Positions 62,391 to 64,000 of a stretch of DNA of 64,000 nt are shown piece by piece. The stretch is from Glaucostegus cemiculus (Eukaryota), in assembly GCA_976551045.1 (NCBI GenBank), contig CDPCPM010000180.1, forward strand, positions 6,200,001-6,264,000. Direction: 5' to 3'. A program made the position numbers and the translations under genes. Position 1 is the stretch's first letter; the number at the start of each line of letters is the position of its first letter. Below the pieces are notes generated by a model. The model ran no database searches and was not told the DNA's origin. It worked only from the letters and a program-made list of their open reading frames with translations.

Positions 62391-63779
62391 CAGTCTAATT
62401 ACAAAAAATATTTGAATTTTTAAATTGTCTCATTTTCTATTATATTGGTCACTTTAAGTGTGCAATGTTGTCAGCAAATGCTAACAATGTACATGTAATT
62501 GATCTGCCTTTTGAAATAACCTTTGTTGTCAAAGTGGGAAGGAGGGTATGGAGGATCACCTTGTTTCAGAGTTGTTTTGGTAAATTCTTGTCTTTAGGTC
62601 ACTGAATGGGAACATAAATGTCACCAGTAAAAGTGATACGATGCATACAGATGGCATGGTGACCAAGTAGTTATGGCAATTGGCTTTTGTCCCACTGAAT
62701 CAAAGGTCTTGGTTGAATCTAAAATAAAACAACTGTCAGATTGCTCCTCTTCTTTTATGCACCTTTAATTATATTGCTCAGGAAGGTTATGTTCTTATTG
62801 GAACCCTTGCATGTCAAGACAGTGTTCAAAGTAATTGCTATTGATAATCTCCCTGATGATATTTTTGTGAAAATATGCAATAAAATTAAGCCAACCATCT
62901 TTTTCCTCTACACTGCACAACTTTGCCTAATGGCTCATTTTAACATTCTCAAGCATCTTTTCATACAGTAATATCAATATGAGCTTGGACAATATTTGGG
63001 ATCATATTTACTAATCATCTAATCTTAATTTATCTGGGCCTGGGGACATCTTTAAAAAATCCACCAGAAGCTTCCCTAACTTTGGCTTATCAATGGGTTT
63101 AAGTATCTCTTTATTGCTTACTTGCTTTAAATGTGAACTAACTATATTGGTATCTGAATTATTGCTTATAATAATGTTCCAGTTGCCAGAATGGATAAAC
63201 TAAGCTTGCCTCTCTGCAATCAAAATTGTCTTATTAATCCCTCTTTATTTGTATGAGGTTTGCGCTGACCTATATTGCCTTTTATTGGCATTAATTCAAG
63301 CACTAAATTGAACTAAAACAGGCTCTTTGCATTCTCTTATCTTTTTAAAAATCACTTGTTGAATATCCATCATGAATATTGATCAGGCCGAAGTGTAAAA
63401 CATTTTTTGCCTGTTAATGCCTGTGGTTGCACCAAGGAAATTTGCATTTTGTGCAGAGGTTGGAGAGCTTTAAGCAAAGTGGTATTCATCAGCAAACACT
63501 GAGATGCTGTGCCAAGACATTTAAGTAATAGGAATGTGTTGTAAGCAATGGCAAGATAGGACTACCTGCAGAGCAATACCTGATAGACTCTTGTGTCATC
63601 TGGGTGCTCCTGGCTATTTCATTGTTAGAATACGAGGGTGGTAATAAATAAATGGAATATGGTGAGTTTCATTTGCTCTCCAGGTAAACAATGATCATGG
63701 AAGATGTTCATGAGATTCGTGCGTCTATAAATAAATCCTTTGGCCATCCAGACATTACCTCTTCCTTATGCTCCCTCAT

Positions 63780-64000
63780 ACACAAGATGATAAAGCTCAT
63801 GTTGTTCTGCAGGAATATTCCTGTTGAGACTTCATCCTCTTCCTCCTTTTGGCTGAACTTCTGGTTTGTAGCCCTGATGCTGTAGGTCCATTAGCTGCTC
63901 TTCCCCATGCAATGACTCTCGTCTCCTGTTGACCGCATTATGCAGCATACTACAGTGGAATTTCCAGAGTAATTTGCATACTGGACTGATGAAAACACTG
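63780..64000 (-). mobile_element. Possible C-terminus of a decayed Harbinger (HARBI1-like) transposase
   Basis: Minus frame from 63999: SVFISPVCKLLWKFHCSMLHNAVNRRRESL, resembling the HARBI1-family C-terminal CCxLHNxAxxR motif, with an acidic KEEEDE in a shifted frame; truncated by the window edge. Confidence 0.35.

Noticed and set aside
62400-63780. Expected neighbouring gene ANKH (convergent, downstream of OTULIN in mammals)
   Set aside because: No ANKH-like coding sequence was recognised in the window; synteny alone is not evidence.

Overview
Vertebrate genomic DNA, very probably from a cartilaginous fish. That is inferred from the dense CR1, Rex1/Babar and V-SINE (HE1-like) repeats and from the protein divergence. 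The window holds the tandem OTULINL(FAM105A)-OTULIN(FAM105B) locus on the + strand. The last three coding exons of OTULINL lie at 1440-5497. After a CpG-island promoter (~19.2-20.6 kb) comes a complete OTULIN gene, which I reconstruct by splice-site and phase logic as 10 coding exons (24191-60026, 1797 nt, 598 aa). It has an intact Cys/His/Asn triad, a PUB-interacting motif and a C-terminal PDZ ligand. The most notable observations are: (i) the OTULINL paralog, a pseudo-deubiquitinase in mammals, keeps the OTULIN-type DDRHYN motif here; (ii) OTULIN carries a ~294-aa N-terminal extension starting MGNDLCC (myristoylation/palmitoylation-like), built from frame-symmetric exons, one with a c-Myc-type NLS; (iii) a 27-bp repeat triplicates a candidate exon-1 splice donor; (iv) decayed Harbinger-type relics occur at both ends of the window. 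Most introns are LINE/SINE debris, repeat boundaries are approximate, and there is a 619-nt assembly gap. No RNA genes or CRISPR arrays were found. Comparisons with human proteins are from memory, not from alignments run here.
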